A stretch of 64,000 nucleotides of DNA from Candidatus Latescibacterota bacterium (GTDB lineage: Bacteria > Latescibacterota > UBA2968 > UBA8231), in NCBI GenBank assembly GCA_964291625.2, contig OZ220089.1, positions 2,720,001 to 2,784,000 of the forward strand, written 5' to 3'. Positions 49,579 through 63,353 of the stretch are shown piece by piece (the stretch's first letter is position 1; each line of letters starts with the position of its first letter). The notes below the pieces were generated by a model. That model ran no database searches. It was not told the origin of the DNA and worked only from the letters and a program-made list of their open reading frames with translations. A program made the position numbers and the translations under genes.

Positions 49579-52500
49579 ATGACGGTGATCTCGACCTTGC
49601 TCCTTCTCGCGGCGGCGGGCGCCGCCGCTCCGGCCGTGGCAGAGGGGTCCGGCCAGTGGCTGCAGCTGCGCGGCGACCGGCACATGAGCGGCCGCGCCGC
49701 CGGCACCGGCCGCATGGCGGACGGCCCCCCCGCCGAGGCCTGGCGCCATGACATCGCCGCCTGGGAGGGCTACGCATCGGTGGGGGCGGGCGCGGGCGAC
49801 CCGGTGGTGCGCCTGCCCTTCCCCGGGGACCTCGACGCCGGATGGATCTGGCGGGAGCGGGCGGCCTGGGGGCTGGGCCCGCAGCTCCACGACTTGGCCG
49901 GCGACGGCACCCTCGTCCCCATGTCCGTGTACAACGTCTACAAGGTGGCCGCGATCCTGCCCGGGGTGGCCGGCCTGCAGCGCTTCGAGATGGGCGACTC
50001 CTTCTCCGATGGCGGAGCGGAGCCGAAGCGGGGCCGGCTCCTGGCCTACGACACCGGCGAGCCCCGCGTCGTGTGGGAGACCGAGCCCTTCGAGAACACC
50101 TGGGCCCCCAACGTCATCGTCGTCGACGCCGACGCCGACGGCCAGCTCGACCTGGCGGTAGCCACCCACTACCGCATCCTCGTCTTCGACGGAGCCACGG
50201 GCGCCACCATGATGGAGTTCCGCTACCACGACTACCGCAACTACGGCCTCTTCGCCGCCGCCGACATCGACGACGACCCCTATCCCGAGTTCGCCGTCGT
50301 CGCCGACTTCAGCATGCACGCCGAGGTCGTCGACAACGACGGCCGCGGGCTGACCCTGCGCTGGATCCGCGAGATCCAGCCCGATCCGTCACAGACGACC
50401 AAGGTCGTGCGTCCCCGGCCCTCGGCCTTTCTCGACGCCGACGGGGACGGCGCCGTGGAGGTCGTCTACAGCGTTTACGACGACACCGGGGACCGCCGCT
50501 GGCACACGATCGCCGTCGATGCCCTCAGCGGCGAGACGGTCCACGACCTTGCCGGGTGGTACCTCCACGGCCTGCACGACATCGACGCCGACGGCCGGCC
50601 GGAGTGGTTCCTGTCGCAGGCGGAGGGGGAGGCGCTGCCTCCCTACGCGCCGCTGACGGTGCGGACCCTCGACGGCGGCGGCTACGTGGAGCGCTGGAAC
50701 CACGACGGCGCCGCCTTCAGCAGCCGGCCGCTGACCGAGCTGCCCCTGACGGTGAGCACGAGCGCCTCCGACGGTCTGCGCACGGCGGTCACCGGCGACG
50801 CCGACGGCGACGGCCGGGCCGACTTCTTCGTGGTCACCCCCGCGGGCGAGGGGGAAGCGCTGACCGCCTGGGGTGCTGGCGCCGGAGGGGCCGTTCAGGC
50901 CCTGTGGACGCTCCAGGGGCCGGTGGCCGCCCGCCTGCAGGCAGAAGCCGTGGCCGACGGGGGCGCCGGCCCCGCCACGCTGGCGTGGTGGCAAGGGCGG
51001 GGCGGCGGCGGGCAGTCCCTTCGGGTGGAGGGGGCCGGCGCGCGGCTGCACCAGTTCAGCCGCCAGGACTTCACCCCCGCCGGCACCCCCGTGGTGGCCG
51101 ATCTCGATGGCGACGGCCGCGTCGAGGTGGTGGTGCAGACGGCCAACGAGGAGGTCCTCTGCCTGGAGGCCCCGGTCGCGGCGACGGGGAGGCCCGCGTC
51201 CGCTGGCAGATGCAGGGCCACGGGCAGACGAACAGCGCCCCCTGGCATTGGGGAGTGGTCGCCTCCGACCTCGACGGCGACGGCTCCCTGGAGACGCTCT
51301 TCGCCCGCGAGGCGCCAGGCGGCAACGCCAGCCTGGCGGCGGTCACCGCCGCGGGCGAGATCCTCTGGCAGACCGTCTTCGACGGCTTCGACGGCAGCAT
51401 GCCGATCTGGAACTTCAGCGGCCTCTCCTGGTGGAACACCGGCCACTTCCGCGAGGCCGGGCGCAACGACGTCTTCGTCACCCTGCGCCGCGGCAAGATC
51501 GGCAGCGAGGTCGGTTTCCTCCTCGACGGCGGGACCGGCGCCGTCGTCTGGGAGAGGAACGGCTACACCCTGCCCGTCGACGGCAGCGGCCGCAGCCTCG
51601 GGGGCCATCCGAGCGCCGCCGGCGACGTCGACGGCGACGGCCTGGAGGAGATCGTGGTCATGTGGCCGGACCGGCTCCACGTGGTCGACGGCGTCACCGG
51701 CGACGCCCAGGTCGTGCGCCAGGCCTACGGGGCCGGGCTGTCGCCCATGTTCTCCGCTCCCGCCTTCGTGGGGTACGCCTTCCCGGCGCTGGTCGACCTC
51801 TTCGGGGACCCGGCGCCGGAGCTGATCTGGGGCCACTGCGGCTACCTGAACGCCGTGCTCTCGGCCGCCGGCGACGTCTGGTGGCAGACGGAGTACCTCA
51901 ACAACACCCAGGTGCAATCGCTCATGGTTCCGGGTGACGCCGACGGCGATGGCGACCTGGAGCTGCTGGCCTCCACCGCGGAGGGGGTGCAACTGCTGGA
52001 GCCCGCCGACGGCGCCGTGCTGCAGGCGATCGACCTGGGTCCCGCCACGACCGACGTGGTCTCCGGCGACCTCGACGGCGATGGCCGGGACGAGTTCCTC
52101 CTCGGGCTGGGCGGACGCCGCTGGGCCCTCCCCGGGGATCCCGGCCTGGCCATGGTGGAGCTGGAGGCCGGCGAGCTGCGCAACGCCTGGACCTTGGAGA
52201 CCGGGGGCCGGCCGAGCGACCCGGCCCTGGCCGATGTCGACGCCGACGGCTTCCTCGACCTCGCTGCGACCACCACGGACGGCTACGTGAGGGCCTGGAC
52301 CGGAGGCGCGGTGACCGCCGTGAGCGGCCCCCTGGCCGTCCTCCCCGCGGCGGCCCGGCTGGAGCCGCCCTGGCCGAACCCCTTCAACCACCGGGTCACC
52401 ATCGCCTACCGGATCGAGGAGGCGGGGCCCGTGCGCCTGGAGGTGTTCTCCACGACCGGGCAGCGCCTGCTGCGGCTGGTCGATGGCTGGAGGCCCGCCG

Positions 52501-52625
52501 GGGACCACCGGGCGCTCTGGGATGGTCTCGACGCCCGGGGGCGGCCCCTGGCCAGCGGCGCCTACGTGGTCCGCCTGCGCAGCGGAGAGGTGGTGGACCA
52601 GCGCAAGATCGCCCTGCTCAAGTAG
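49579..52625 (+). CDS. Secreted FG-GAP/VCBS-repeat protein with C-terminal FlgD-Ig domain (frameshift near 51175)
   Basis: Many DxDGDG motifs, signal peptide, PNPFN...WDG.D..G..LASG.Y; coding continues from ORF frame 49003 into ORF frame 49842. Confidence 0.8.
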
Positions 52626-52831
52626 GCTCAGGCGAGACCCGCGGGAGCAGCCCCGCGGATACCGGTCACTCCCCGGGCGGCCCGGCCGCAGAGGAGCGCA
52701 GGATCGCCCTGCTCAAGTAGGCCGGGAGCGGCTCTCGGGACGGGACCCTGGAGCGAGATCCGGGCGCCTTCGGAGATCGGGGCGCCTTCGACGGATCCCG
52801 CGCACGCGACGGGTCCGGACGCGGATGCGGC

Positions 52832-54214
52832 TCAGTCCCCGGCGACCCAGTAGGAGTAGAGCCGGGCGTTGACGAGGTGGAACCGCAGCCGCACCGGCTG
52901 CTCCGGCAGGCCCCTGGCCCCCCACCAGCGCACCGGCAGGTCGACGCCGTCCTCCTCGATGGGGACGCAGCGGTCGGCGCCGTACCCCGGCAGGACGACC
53001 TCCTCCTCGTCGAGCAGCTCCACCCGCAGCGACCCGTGGTCCGCCTTGGCGTTGACCCGCAGCTCGCCGCCCCTCGGCTCGAAGGCCCGCGTCGTCAGCC
53101 GGCCCCCGTCGAAGCTGCCGGCCACCGAGGCGAAGCCGTCCAGGCGCAGGAAGGCGAGGCCGATCGACATCGTCCCCGTGTGCTGGTCGGCGGCGATCCG
53201 GGGGTCGAACTCCCGCGGGATCTTGGCGTGCCGCCGGGGGGTGCCGCGGTAGTAGATGTACAGGCGGCCGCCCACGGCGATCGGGGGCGCGCCGGTGAGC
53301 ATGATCTGGAAGCGGTCCCACTCGCCGATCTCCCCCAGGCCGACGAGGGGCTCTGCCGCCGGCGCCCGGTTCCAGCGCTCGCCGTCGCGGCTGGTCAGCA
53401 GCCGCAGCGTCTGCGTCTGCCGCAGGGGATGCTTGTCGAAGTGGGTGAGGAAGCCGAGGTAGTGGGCGCCGTACGGAAAGCCGGTGTTGTTGTAGAGGGC
53501 CTCCAGCTCGTGGAGGGGCGCCAGGAAGGGCCGCGGCGGGCTCCAGGAGACGAAGTCGCGGCTGACGCTCATCAGGCGCTCGGGCTGCCCCCGCAGGAAG
53601 GCGACGTAGCGCCCGGCCCCGGCGTCGATCATCAGCGACTGGGCGTCGCCCACGGGGCCCATGTCGTCGGTCCCCGGCCGCGGGTGAAAGCGGAAGAGGG
53701 GGTCGGGCGAGTGCTCCCAGCGGAGGCCGTCCGGCGAGGTGGCCGAGTAGATGCCGGAGCGCGGGCCCTCCCAGTCGTGGCTCGACCAGCCGAGGGCCTT
53801 GTAGCGGCGGTCCGGGTCCGGGTCGGCGGGGTCCTTCAGCATCGACTCCCAGTGGTCCTGGCCTTCATGGTGGGATGCCGGGATGACGATGTTGTTGCGC
53901 CTCGAACCCAGGGCCTCGTGCAGCCTCAGCTCCGGCCGCTCCCAGTGGATGCCGTCGGGGGAGGTGGCCAGGCACTGCACGTGGCCGCGGCCCTCCTCGT
54001 AGTGGCCGGCCATGTACCAGGCCTTGAAGAGCTTTTCCTCCTCGTCGTGGACCACCGACGCCGTCATCCCCGAGTGGCGCTCCCACGCCGCTTCCTGGCG
54101 CAGCACGGGGTCCGGGTGCTTGACGGCGGCGTGAAACATGCGCTCCACGCTCTCGGCGCCGTCCACGTCCTCCATGTCGACGAACAAACGCTTGCGGTGA
54201 TCGAGGGTCTGCAC
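52832..54214 (-). CDS. Five-bladed beta-propeller glycoside hydrolase-like protein
   Basis: LFVD, FKAWY, ATSPDGIHWERP, SPDGLRW, GEWD, LRLDGF C-terminal sandwich. Confidence 0.7.
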   Translation of the reverse strand: MQTLDHRKRLFVDMEDVDGAESVERMFHAAVKHPDPVLRQEAAWERHSGMTASVVHDEEEKLFKAWYMAGHYEEGRGHVQCLATSPDGIHWERPELRLHEALGSRRNNIVIPASHHEGQDHWESMLKDPADPDPDRRYKALGWSSHDWEGPRSGIYSATSPDGLRWEHSPDPLFRFHPRPGTDDMGPVGDAQSLMIDAGAGRYVAFLRGQPERLMSVSRDFVSWSPPRPFLAPLHELEALYNNTGFPYGAHYLGFLTHFDKHPLRQTQTLRLLTSRDGERWNRAPAAEPLVGLGEIGEWDRFQIMLTGAPPIAVGGRLYIYYRGTPRRHAKIPREFDPRIAADQHTGTMSIGLAFLRLDGFASVAGSFDGGRLTTRAFEPRGGELRVNAKADHGSLRVELLDEEEVVLPGYGADRCVPIEEDGVDLPVRWWGARGLPEQPVRLRFHLVNARLYSYWVAGD

Positions 54215-54323
54215 CTTTCTGACGGTAGGACAATCCTCCCTGCCGGGACAGCCGCAACGACGTCCCGCGCCGGGGCGCCGACGACCTCGCCGACGGCCGC
54301 TCTCACACCTGCCGGAGCATCTC

Positions 54324-55217
54324 CTGACCCTCTTCCGGGCCGAGCGCCTCTCACCCGAGCCCATCATCCACGCCCGTCTGCCGGGCCTGGAGGGCCGGCG
54401 CGGGGCCAACATCAACGGACCCTCCCTGATCCGCGTGCCCCCCTGGGTCCGCAGGCCCCTGGGGCGTTACTACCTCTACTTCGCTCATCACGGGGGCCAC
54501 TACCTGCGCATGGCCTGGGCCGACGCGCTGACGGGGCCGTGGACGGTGCTCCCGGAGCCCGGGGTCCTGCACATGGACCAGGGGCCAGGCATCCACCACA
54601 TCGCCAGTCCCGACGTGCACGTCGACGCGGCGGAGCGCCGGCTGCGGATGTACTTCCACCAGCCGACGGAGAAAGCCGGCCAACGGTCGTATGTGGCCCT
54701 GTCCGACGACGGACTGCAATGGCAGGCGCGCGCCACCGATCTGGGTCCGTCGTACTTCCGCGTGTTCTCCCACGGGGGGTGGTGCTGCGCCTATGCCATG
54801 CGGCCGAGCCCGGGCGGGGGCCTGTTGCTGCGCTCCAGGGACGGGCTCACCGCCTTCGAGGAGGGTCCCGCGATCCTGCCGGAGTGCCGCCACGCCGCCA
54901 CCTGGGTCGAGGGCGACACCCTGCACCTGTTCTTCTCCCGGAAGGGGGATTCGCCGGAGCGCATCCTCGCGGCGGCGGTGGACCTGACGCGGCCGTGGGA
55001 GAGCTGGCGGCCGGGTCCCGAAAGGCTGGTGCTGCGGCCGGAGCTGGACTGGGAGGGTGCGGGGGCGCCGGTCGAGCCGTCGCGCCCCGGCGCCGTGCGG
55101 GGGCTCGTGCACCAGCTGCGCGACCCCGGGATCTACGAGGAGGACGGCCGGCTCTACCTGCTCTACTCGGGTTCCGGCGAGCGGGGCCTGGGCATCGCCA
55201 GGCTGCACCGCGACTGA
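54324..55217 (+). CDS. GH43/32-like beta-propeller protein
   Basis: NINGPSLIRVP.W...PLGRYYLYFAHH, HIASPDV, QLRDP; frame open back to CTG at 54324 after GGAG. Confidence 0.7.
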   Translation: MTLFRAERLSPEPIIHARLPGLEGRRGANINGPSLIRVPPWVRRPLGRYYLYFAHHGGHYLRMAWADALTGPWTVLPEPGVLHMDQGPGIHHIASPDVHVDAAERRLRMYFHQPTEKAGQRSYVALSDDGLQWQARATDLGPSYFRVFSHGGWCCAYAMRPSPGGGLLLRSRDGLTAFEEGPAILPECRHAATWVEGDTLHLFFSRKGDSPERILAAAVDLTRPWESWRPGPERLVLRPELDWEGAGAPVEPSRPGAVRGLVHQLRDPGIYEEDGRLYLLYSGSGERGLGIARLHRD

Positions 55218-55232
55218 GCGCGCAGCTTCGGC

Positions 55233-56012
55233 TTACTGGGCGGTGTAGCCGCCGTCCACGGGGATCGCCGCGGCGACGATGAAGCTCGCCTCGTCGGAGG
55301 CGAGGAAGGCGATGACCCGGGCGATCTCCTCGGGCTGGCCCATGCGGCCGAGGGGGTGGAGGCGCCGCATGGCGGCGTGGACCTCGTCGTCGCCGGTGAC
55401 GTTGGCGGTGAGCGGCGTGTACACGAAGCCGGGGCAGACGGCGTTGATGCGGATGCCCTCCGCCGCCAGGCGCACGCCCATGTCGCGGGTGAGCTGGACG
55501 ATGGCGCCCTTGCTGTGCGGATAGGCCGTGAAGCCGTCGGAGAAGGGCAGGGAGGTGGGGTAGCCCACCAGGCCCATGACCGAGGCGAGGTTGACGATGG
55601 CGCCGCCGCCGGAGGCGCGCATCGCCTTGACGGCGGCGTGGCACATCAGGAAGGTTCCCCGGGCGTTGACCCGCATCACCGCGTCCCAGCGCTCGTCGAA
55701 GTCGGCGGCCGGATCGACGGTGCGGGGCGTGATGCCGGCGCTGTTCACGAGCACGTCCAGGCTTCCGAAGGCGCCCGCCGTCTCGGCCACGATCCGCTCG
55801 CTGTCGGCGCGCTCCGAGACGTCTCCGATGATGCCGCGCAGGCGGCCGTCGGGAGCGTCCGCCTCGGCGGCCAGGGCCTCCAGCCCGCCGGGGTCGATGT
55901 CGGCGGCGGCGACGCGGGCGCCCTCCTCCAGGAAGCGGAGGACCGTGGCCCGGCCGATGCCGGACCCGGCGCCGGTGACGAGCGCCGCCCTGTCTTCGAG
56001 TCTGTCGGTCAT
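55233..56012 (-). CDS. Short-chain dehydrogenase/reductase
   Basis: TGAGSGIG, NSAG, YPHSKG, NAVCPG, VDGG. Confidence 0.92.
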   Translation of the reverse strand: MTDRLEDRAALVTGAGSGIGRATVLRFLEEGARVAAADIDPGGLEALAAEADAPDGRLRGIIGDVSERADSERIVAETAGAFGSLDVLVNSAGITPRTVDPAADFDERWDAVMRVNARGTFLMCHAAVKAMRASGGGAIVNLASVMGLVGYPTSLPFSDGFTAYPHSKGAIVQLTRDMGVRLAAEGIRINAVCPGFVYTPLTANVTGDDEVHAAMRRLHPLGRMGQPEEIARVIAFLASDEASFIVAAAIPVDGGYTAQ

Positions 56013-56114
56013 CCTCATACCCGGGTCGTGCCGGGCCGGCAAAGGTAGCCCGCCCGTGGTCCCCAGTCAGGACGGCCCCGGCGGCCGTCCTCCACATCGC
56101 ACAGGAGATCCTCC

Positions 56115-57581
56115 ATGCGCTGCATCATGGTGATGTTCGATTCCCTCAACCGCCACATGCTGCCGCCCTACGCCCCGGACACCTGGGTCCAGGCGCCCAA
56201 CTTCCGCCGCCTCGCCGAGCGCGCCGCCACCTTCTCCACCAGCTACGTCTGCTCCATGCCGTGCATGCCGGCGCGGCGCGACCTGCACACGGGGCGGCCC
56301 AACTTCCTGCACTGCCCCTGGGGCCCCCTGGAGCCCTTCGACGACTCGGTGCCCCAGATGCTGCAGGAGGCCGGCGTCTACACCCACCTGTGCTCCGACC
56401 ACTACCACTACTGGGAGGACGGCGGCGCCACCTACCACGGCCGCTACAGCTCGTGGGAGTTCTACCGCGGCCAGGAGGGGGACCCCCACATCGGCCAGGT
56501 CGCCGACCCCGAGGTGCCGGAGAACCTCAACCAGAAGGGGCGCCGCAGCGACTGGGTCAACCGCCCCTTCCAGCGCCGCGAGGCCGACCTGCCCCAGAGC
56601 CGCACCTTCGAGGCCGGCTGCCGCTTCATCGAGGCCAACGCCGGCCAGGACGACTGGTTCCTGCAGATCGAGTGCTTCGACCCCCACGAGCCCTTCGTCA
56701 GCAACCGCCGCTACCAGGACCTCTACCCCTCGGACTACGACGGACCCCTCTTCGACTGGCCGTCGTACGGCCCCGTCCGCGAGACCCCCGAGCAGGTCGC
56801 CGAGGTGCGCCGCAACTACGCCGCTCTCGTCTCCAAGTGCGACGCCAGCCTCGGCGACGTCCTCGACCTGATGGACCGCCACCGCATGTGGGACGACACC
56901 ATGCTCGTCCTGTGGACGGACCACGGATTCCTGCTGGGCGAGCACGGCGGCTACGCCAAGAACTGGCCCCCCCTCTACGAGGAGCTGAGCCACACCCCGT
57001 TCTTCGTCTGGGACCCGCGCAGCCCGGGGGCGGCGGGGCAGACCCGCAGCGCCCTGGTGCAGCCGGCGATCGACCTGGGGCCGACGCTGCTGCGGCTCTT
57101 CGGCCAGGAGCCGACGGAGCGCATGCGCGGCCATGACCTGGCCGGCGTCGTCGCCGAGGACCGGCCCGTGCGCGACGCCGCCATCTTCGGCTACCACGGC
57201 AACCGCGTGAACGTCACCGACGGCCGCCACGTCTACTACCGCACCTGCCGCACCCCCGACAACCAGCCCCTGAACGCCTACACCCTCCTGCCCACGGCGA
57301 TGCGCGGCTACAAGGGGCGGCTGCCGGAGGCCGGGCTCGCCGACCCCTTCTCCTTCACCCGGGGGATGCCCACCCTGCGCCTGCCGGCGGGCGGCAACAT
57401 CTCGCAGCCGGTGGAGGGCGACGTGGGCGACCTGCTCTACGACCTGCAGGCCGACCCGCAGCAGGAGAATCCCGTCGACGATTCGGAGGTGGCGGAGCGG
57501 CTCGGCGGGCGAATGGCCGACCTCATGGCCGAGTGCGAGGCGCCGGCGGAGCAGTTCGAGCGGATGGGGCTGAGCCGCTGA
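56115..57581 (+). CDS. Sulfatase (Cys-type, FGly-dependent)
   Basis: FDSL, CMPARR (CxPxR), DPHEP, TDHG, ELYDL-like LLYDLQADP. Confidence 0.9.
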   Translation: MRCIMVMFDSLNRHMLPPYAPDTWVQAPNFRRLAERAATFSTSYVCSMPCMPARRDLHTGRPNFLHCPWGPLEPFDDSVPQMLQEAGVYTHLCSDHYHYWEDGGATYHGRYSSWEFYRGQEGDPHIGQVADPEVPENLNQKGRRSDWVNRPFQRREADLPQSRTFEAGCRFIEANAGQDDWFLQIECFDPHEPFVSNRRYQDLYPSDYDGPLFDWPSYGPVRETPEQVAEVRRNYAALVSKCDASLGDVLDLMDRHRMWDDTMLVLWTDHGFLLGEHGGYAKNWPPLYEELSHTPFFVWDPRSPGAAGQTRSALVQPAIDLGPTLLRLFGQEPTERMRGHDLAGVVAEDRPVRDAAIFGYHGNRVNVTDGRHVYYRTCRTPDNQPLNAYTLLPTAMRGYKGRLPEAGLADPFSFTRGMPTLRLPAGGNISQPVEGDVGDLLYDLQADPQQENPVDDSEVAERLGGRMADLMAECEAPAEQFERMGLSR

Positions 57582-57589
57582 GCCCCGGC

Positions 57590-58165
57590 TCAGCCGTCCT
57601 CGGAGAGCATCGTCTCGGCCAGGGCGAAGCAGCAGGAGGAGCGGGGCCGGCCGAGGGTCCGGGCCCAGGTGTCGCGGGGGTAGGCCTCGCCCCCCACGTC
57701 CCGCCCGTCGAGCCGGATCGCGCCGCCGCCGGCGAAGACCAGCACCGTGAAGACGATGCGCGGGTGGGCGGTGGGTGGTCCGACGAGGGGCGGCTCCAGG
57801 TCCTGCCAGGAGACGAGGACGCGACGGCCGCCGGCGACGATCTCCCAGGTCGGCTCGGTGCGGATGTCGCCGCCGGCGGACAACTGCGCGTCGACCGCCT
57901 CCATGCCGCGGTCGAAAGGCGAGGTGGGGACGACCTGGGTCTGGCGCACGAACTTGGCGAAGCCGCGGTTGTCCGTGCACAGGCCGGTGAACCCGTCGGC
58001 GCCAGGTATCTCCACGAAGGCGGCGGTGCCGGCCCCGGCGGGCGAGGTGTCGCCGCGGTAGAGGCTGACCATGCCCGTGTGGTCCTCGCGGCCCGGGCGG
58101 CGCAGGTAGGCGATCCAGTGCTGGCCCGACCACAGCAGGCTTCCGCGCGAGAGGGTAGGGGACAT
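57590..58165 (-). CDS. Hypothetical protein
   Basis: 191-aa ORF with plausible globular composition filling the gap between sulfatase and acnA. Confidence 0.55.
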   Translation of the reverse strand: MSPTLSRGSLLWSGQHWIAYLRRPGREDHTGMVSLYRGDTSPAGAGTAAFVEIPGADGFTGLCTDNRGFAKFVRQTQVVPTSPFDRGMEAVDAQLSAGGDIRTEPTWEIVAGGRRVLVSWQDLEPPLVGPPTAHPRIVFTVLVFAGGGAIRLDGRDVGGEAYPRDTWARTLGRPRSSCCFALAETMLSEDG

Positions 58166-58277
58166 GGCGGACAGGCTACCCCTGCGTCCCCGGGCGGTCA
58201 AGCCGAAGTTTGACATCCGCGGGGGCCGCCCTCTTCGTACGCCGGCTCCCCAAACCGACTGAACAAGGGAATCCCAG

Positions 58278-60959
<2,682 letters not shown>

Positions 60960-60968
60960 AGCGCGCCC

Positions 60969-62153
60969 GTGATCGCCAACCCCAACGTCGAGCCCCTCGC
61001 CCAGGACTTCGCCGTCGCCGCCCGGGTGCCGGACCCGGAGCGGTTCTTCTTCCATGACCCGGACATGACCCGCCTCGACGACGGCACGCTGCTGATCGCG
61101 GCCCCCGAGTGGGGCCGCCCCAACCGGGGCACGGGCCGTCACCTGCGGATGCTGCGCAGCTCCGACGGCGGCGCCTCCTGGGAGGAGCTGCCCACCCTGC
61201 CCTTCGAGGAGGGCACGCCCTTCGTCCTCGACGGCGAGCTCTACCTCTTCGCCCAGGAGACCTGCCACCAGGATGTCCTCATCGCCCACAGCCGCGACCG
61301 GGGAGAGTCCTGGTCCGACCCGTCGCGGGTCCTCGAAGGGCCGCTGTGGAACATCTCCACGGCCATGCTCCACCGGCCGGACTTCGTCTACTGGGCCATG
61401 GACCGGGACCTGCCACAGCGCACCCACGGCGGCAAGGTGATGGCCCGCATCGACCGGGCCAAGTCCCCCCTGGACCCCGGCGCCTGGAGCCTCTCCAACA
61501 TCGTCGAGGCGCCTCCCCTGCCCGCCTCCCTGACGCGGGGCCTCTACCCCGAGGAGGACCGCCCGGAGCTGAACCGCGGCTGGCCCGACCCCCTCGTCTG
61601 GCTCGAGCCCAACACCGTGGAGGTCGGCTCGCGGGTCCGCGTATTCACCCGCTGCGTCATCGACGAGTACGCCACCGCCAACGTCGCCGCCGTCCTCGAC
61701 TACGACCCGGAGGCGAACCGCCTCTCCTTCACCCAGTTCGCCGGCTGGCCCGGGGCGCAGTGCAAGTTCTACCTGATCCACGACCGGCCGGGCGGCATGT
61801 ACTGGATGCTGAGCAACCTGGCGACCAACTCCCAGGACCTCCTCGGCTGGGGGGAGCGCATGCGCGAGACCGGTTACCACGGGGGCCCGGGGAACGAGCG
61901 CCGGTGGCTGTTCCTGCACTACGGCGTCGACTGCCTCAACTGGTTCCCCGCCGGCTGCGTGGCCCGCTGGCCCGACCACGCGCACCGCAGCTTCATGTAC
62001 CCGAGCGCCGTGGTCGACGGCGACGATCTGGTCGTCCTGTCGCGCACCAGCCGCGACTCCGGCGACCAGCACGACGCCGACCTGTGCACCGTCCACCGGG
62101 TGCGCGGCTTCCGCGCCCTGGCCATGGACCTGCGCCGAGGGGGTCTGGCATGA
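60969..62153 (+). CDS. BNR/Asp-box (sialidase-like) protein
   Basis: RSSDGGASW and HSRDRGESW Asp-boxes. Confidence 0.7.
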   Translation: MIANPNVEPLAQDFAVAARVPDPERFFFHDPDMTRLDDGTLLIAAPEWGRPNRGTGRHLRMLRSSDGGASWEELPTLPFEEGTPFVLDGELYLFAQETCHQDVLIAHSRDRGESWSDPSRVLEGPLWNISTAMLHRPDFVYWAMDRDLPQRTHGGKVMARIDRAKSPLDPGAWSLSNIVEAPPLPASLTRGLYPEEDRPELNRGWPDPLVWLEPNTVEVGSRVRVFTRCVIDEYATANVAAVLDYDPEANRLSFTQFAGWPGAQCKFYLIHDRPGGMYWMLSNLATNSQDLLGWGERMRETGYHGGPGNERRWLFLHYGVDCLNWFPAGCVARWPDHAHRSFMYPSAVVDGDDLVVLSRTSRDSGDQHDADLCTVHRVRGFRALAMDLRRGGLA

Positions 62154-63271
62154 GCCGCGACACCGCCCCGCCGGATCACGGCTACGTCTCCTTCGAGGAC
62201 GTCTGCAAGAGCTACGACGGCCGCAGCCTGGTGGTGAGCCACGTCGATCTGCGTGTCGAGAAGGGGGAGTTCCTCACCCTCCTCGGGCCTTCGGGATCGG
62301 GCAAGACCACCTGCCTGATGATGCTCGCCGGCTTCGAGACCCCCACCTCGGGCACGATCCGCATCGACGGCCGCCCGGTGCACGACCTGCCGCCCCGCAA
62401 GCGCGGCATCGGCATGGTCTTCCAGAACTACGCCCTCTTCCCGCACATGACGGTCGGCCGTAACCTCGCCTTTCCCCTGGAGGTGCGGGGACTCGATCAG
62501 GAGGAGTGCCGGGAGCGGGTCGAGCGGGCCCTGCAGCTGGTCCGCCTCGAGGGCTTCGAGGACCGCAGGCCGGCCCAGCTCTCCGGCGGCCAGCAGCAGC
62601 GGGTGGCAATCGCCCGGGCCCTGATCTTCGATCCCGCCCTGGTGCTGATGGACGAGCCCCTCGGCGCCCTCGACCGGCGCCTGCGGGAGGAGATGCAGTA
62701 CGAGATCCGGCGCATCCACCAGAGCCTCGGCGTGACGGTCGTCTACGTCACCCACGACCAGCAGGAGGCGATGGTCATGTCCGACCGGATCGCGGTCCTG
62801 CGCGGCGGCCGCATCGAGCAGATCGACGGACCCGAGGCCCTCTACGAGGAGCCCGAGCGGTCTTTCGTGGCCCGCTTCATCGGCGAGAACAACCGCCTCC
62901 ACGGCCGCGTCGCCTCGGTGGAGGGGGAGATCTGCGAGGTCGAGTGCGGCGGCCAGGTCATCCGGGCGATCCAGGTGGCGCCCTGCGGACCGGGCGACGC
63001 CACCACCCTCTCCATCCGCCCCGAGCGGGTCTCCGTGTCGCCCGAGCCGGGCCTCTACACCAACGAGCTGGAGGCCGTCATCGAGGACATCACCTTCCTC
63101 GGCGACCACCTGCGCCTGCGCCTGGGGGTGTGCGGGCGCACCGACTTCATCGCCAAGATCCCCAACATCGTCGGCCACGGGGCCGTCCTGGCGGGCGACA
63201 GGATCCGCATCGGCTGGACCCCCACCGACTGCCGCGTGCTCGACCCCGACGACGAGGAGGGGGAGACCTGA
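62150..63271 (+). CDS. ABC transporter ATP-binding protein, PotA-like
   Basis: [34 protein letters not shown]-terminal TOBE. Confidence 0.9.
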   Translation: MSRDTAPPDHGYVSFEDVCKSYDGRSLVVSHVDLRVEKGEFLTLLGPSGSGKTTCLMMLAGFETPTSGTIRIDGRPVHDLPPRKRGIGMVFQNYALFPHMTVGRNLAFPLEVRGLDQEECRERVERALQLVRLEGFEDRRPAQLSGGQQQRVAIARALIFDPALVLMDEPLGALDRRLREEMQYEIRRIHQSLGVTVVYVTHDQQEAMVMSDRIAVLRGGRIEQIDGPEALYEEPERSFVARFIGENNRLHGRVASVEGEICEVECGGQVIRAIQVAPCGPGDATTLSIRPERVSVSPEPGLYTNELEAVIEDITFLGDHLRLRLGVCGRTDFIAKIPNIVGHGAVLAGDRIRIGWTPTDCRVLDPDDEEGET

Positions 63272-63353
63272 GGGGGGGCGCGGCGATGCGACATAGTCTA
63301 TATTGGACTACAATGGCACCCCCATTACATTGGCACGCCGATCTGGAGGAGAG

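Noticed and set aside
52755-52795. Short tandem repeat AGATC(C/G)GGGCGCCTTCG x2 between convergent genes
   Set aside because: Only two units with no U-tract; not supportable as a terminator or array.
58210-58245. TTGACA upstream of acnA as a promoter
   Set aside because: No convincing -10 hexamer at 16-18 bp spacing.
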